From Octopus bimaculoides (taxonomy: Eukaryota), in contig NC_068981.1 in assembly GCF_001194135.2 (NCBI RefSeq), forward strand, positions 113,461,238 to 113,525,237: a stretch of 64,000 nt of DNA, in the 5' to 3' direction. The translations under genes were made by a program, and so were the position numbers. The notes beneath the pieces were generated by a model, which was given only the letters and a program-made list of their open reading frames with translations, ran no database searches and was not told the origin of the DNA. Of the stretch, positions 61,566 through 64,000 are shown piece by piece; position 1 is the first letter of the stretch; every line of letters starts with the position of its first letter.

Positions 61566-61829
61566 AATAGAATAAAATACTTATGCAAATATAATTACAC
61601 ACTAGAAACTCTAAACCAAAGCATAAAAAAAAGCTTAATTTAACAAAGAACATAAAAAAACACCACTTTACACATTCGGCACGGTGCCTGGGCTTGAATG
61701 TGTCATATCATATCATAAATGATCGCGGCGTATCTGTCAGTACATGCATACATACATACGCACACATATACATACGTACATACATACATACATACATACA
61801 TACATACATACATACATACATACATACAT

Positions 61830-62432
61830 GAAACGACAAGTCGCGTATTTGGTGTGGGAGACTATCGAAAATACGATGCATACTATTTCCAACTTTGGAG
61901 CCAAAACTATCAGCCTTGTTAAATAACTGGTTAATCTTCAGATGAATTAACTCAGGGAGATTTTTATTCACGATCGTAGTGATTTTCGACTGAAACTTGA
62001 AATTAGCATGCAGAGAGTTACTACAAACAACATTTTTCTTGGAGTTATGAATTGAATAATGATCGATTTAACTGCTACGAAAAAGCGAGACAAAACTCCG
62101 CCGTTGGCTATATGAATCGATTGAAATCATATTGGGACGATCTGCATCCAGAATTAAATCATTTTACTGCGAAGCAACTACGCCAAGAAGCAACATTTGT
62201 AGAACATAGAAAGAAGGTTAGTAACTGTAACTGTATTAAAAAATCGAAAATTAACCTTCTCAACTCTATAAACAAAAACGAAAACGTGAATGATATAAGA
62301 CAACTACGTGGTTTCGCATTCCAACAGATTCCATAATGCCTGCCAGCCAAACTACATTACTGGCTCAAGTAACTGACCATTGTCCCCCTACTACGACTAT
62401 GGAAAATAGCAGGCACAACCGCAACGACTATT

Positions 62433-62506
<74 letters not shown>

Positions 62507-64000
62507 CGTGGTAGTCAGGATTATATGCCGTTGAAATGTGCCTTTACTGAAATTTTCCGAGAAAAAATAACTTTAGCTTTGAAGGACTCTTTTGAGGAGG
62601 GAATATTCTCTACCAAAGTAAGTAAAAACCCACCAGATACGGTATTAAAAGCTGTTAACGAAATTGGTGATGAGTATTTACAACAGTGTGATGAACCCAT
62701 ATACTGGTGGATTAACGCCTGTCTATATGCACTAGCTACTACTGTAAAACAGTACATGAAATTCAAAAAGTAAACAAAACCGAAATAACAAAGAAAGTAC
62801 CATCATGGGTTTTGAAGACAGAGAAAAAGATAACTGATCTACGGAAGACCATCAGTCATGTGATAATGCTTATTGCAGAAGAGAATAACCGAGAGAAGTA
62901 AAATAAACAAAAAATTTAACCGCAACCAGGCAGCAGTATACAGAGACACGAGAAGAGGAGCAATAGATATCACGGAAGCTCCTCCACGAAAAGACAAAGA
63001 CTTCTTCTGGAGGAAAATATGGAGTGAAGGGAAGGAATTTAACCAAGATGCTCTGTGGCTGGAAGAAGTCCGAAAAAGTTATTGCTCCTGCGTTATATCC
63101 AAGACATACAACATTGATGGTGAAACACTTGCATCTGTGATCCAGAAACTCCAGGATGGAAAAGCACCTGTTTGATATTGGTACAAGAAGCTAACATTCT
63201 ACCAACCATATCTTATCAATCTGTACCAGCAAGCTTTCATTGGGAACCGTAGCATAACACTGTGGTTAGCTCTGGCAGAGACAAAATTGACCCCCAAATG
63301 CAGAACAACCCACATGGCAAAAAACTACCGGCCAATTGCATGCCAGAACTTAACGTATACAACATATTTAAACCTCTTCCTCCCAAACCATTGTGAAGTC
63401 AATAACATTATTACAGCAGAATAAGCAGCTAAGAAGAAGGGAATCTAGGGATGTGTTAATCAACAAAACTGTGATGTCAGAGCATAGGAGGAACCTAGTT
63501 TCAGTGTGGCTAGACTACAAGAAAGCCTTTGACTCTGTTCCCCACTCATGGATTCTAGAAGCCCTTCAACTTGCTTAAGTTCCAGTGAGAATAGTCAAAG
63601 CCATAGCTGACCTAACTTTATCGTGGGCCACCATTTTGAAATTAAACACAAAGAGTGAGTGTATTATCGGCGATAGAATACAGTAACGCAAAGGCATATT
63701 CCAAAGAAACAGCCTTTCTGTGATGTTGTTTATTCTTTCTGCAAACCCTTTGTCATTCATGTTAAGGAACTCTGGAAAATATCTCACTGGTTCACAAGAA
63801 AACAGAAATAGCAAATTTACACACTGTTTCTTTGTGGATGACTTAAAACTTAATGCAAATAATATGCATGAGATGAAAAGAGCCTTGACCTAGTTCTAAC
63901 ATTCTTAAAGGATGTAGAGTTGGAGTTTGGTCAGGATAAATGTTGTTATATGGTTGTGAAAAGAGGGAAAACTTTAAACCAGACTAGTAACATCTCCATC
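61830..64000 (+). mobile_element. R4-like RLE LINE 5' part through RT (decayed), starting directly after (CATA)n; (TAG)n inserted at about 62435-62505
   Basis: GYMNRLKSYWDDLHPEL, FWRKIWSE, NYRPIACQN, WLDYKKAFDSVPHSW and FFVDDLK. Confidence 0.85.

Overview
Repeat-saturated, gappy animal genomic DNA. The SINE and microsatellite types suggest a cephalopod (Octopus-like) genome; this is inferred, not shown. One host gene is recognisable: a matrix metalloproteinase (M10A family) on the minus strand. Four exons (46222-46108, 36627-36508, 12778-12678, 5902-5683) have canonical splice sites and compatible phases. They join into a contiguous pro-domain plus N-terminal catalytic domain; the HExxH exon was not found in the window. 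Introns and flanks are filled with decayed transposons: Tx1/L1-clade LINEs, R4/Dong-like RLE LINEs, RTE LINEs, Penelope-like elements, a Gypsy pol, a Tc1, a mariner end, a Chapaev3-like remnant and tRNA-derived SINEs. Manual reading found about 13 type I hammerhead ribozyme (HHR) motifs, from core-intact to decayed. The most interesting observation is that both Tx1-like LINE 3' ends in the window are followed, on the same strand and just past an A-run, by a homologous HHR module. All folds and alignments were done by eye and boundaries of decayed repeats are approximate.
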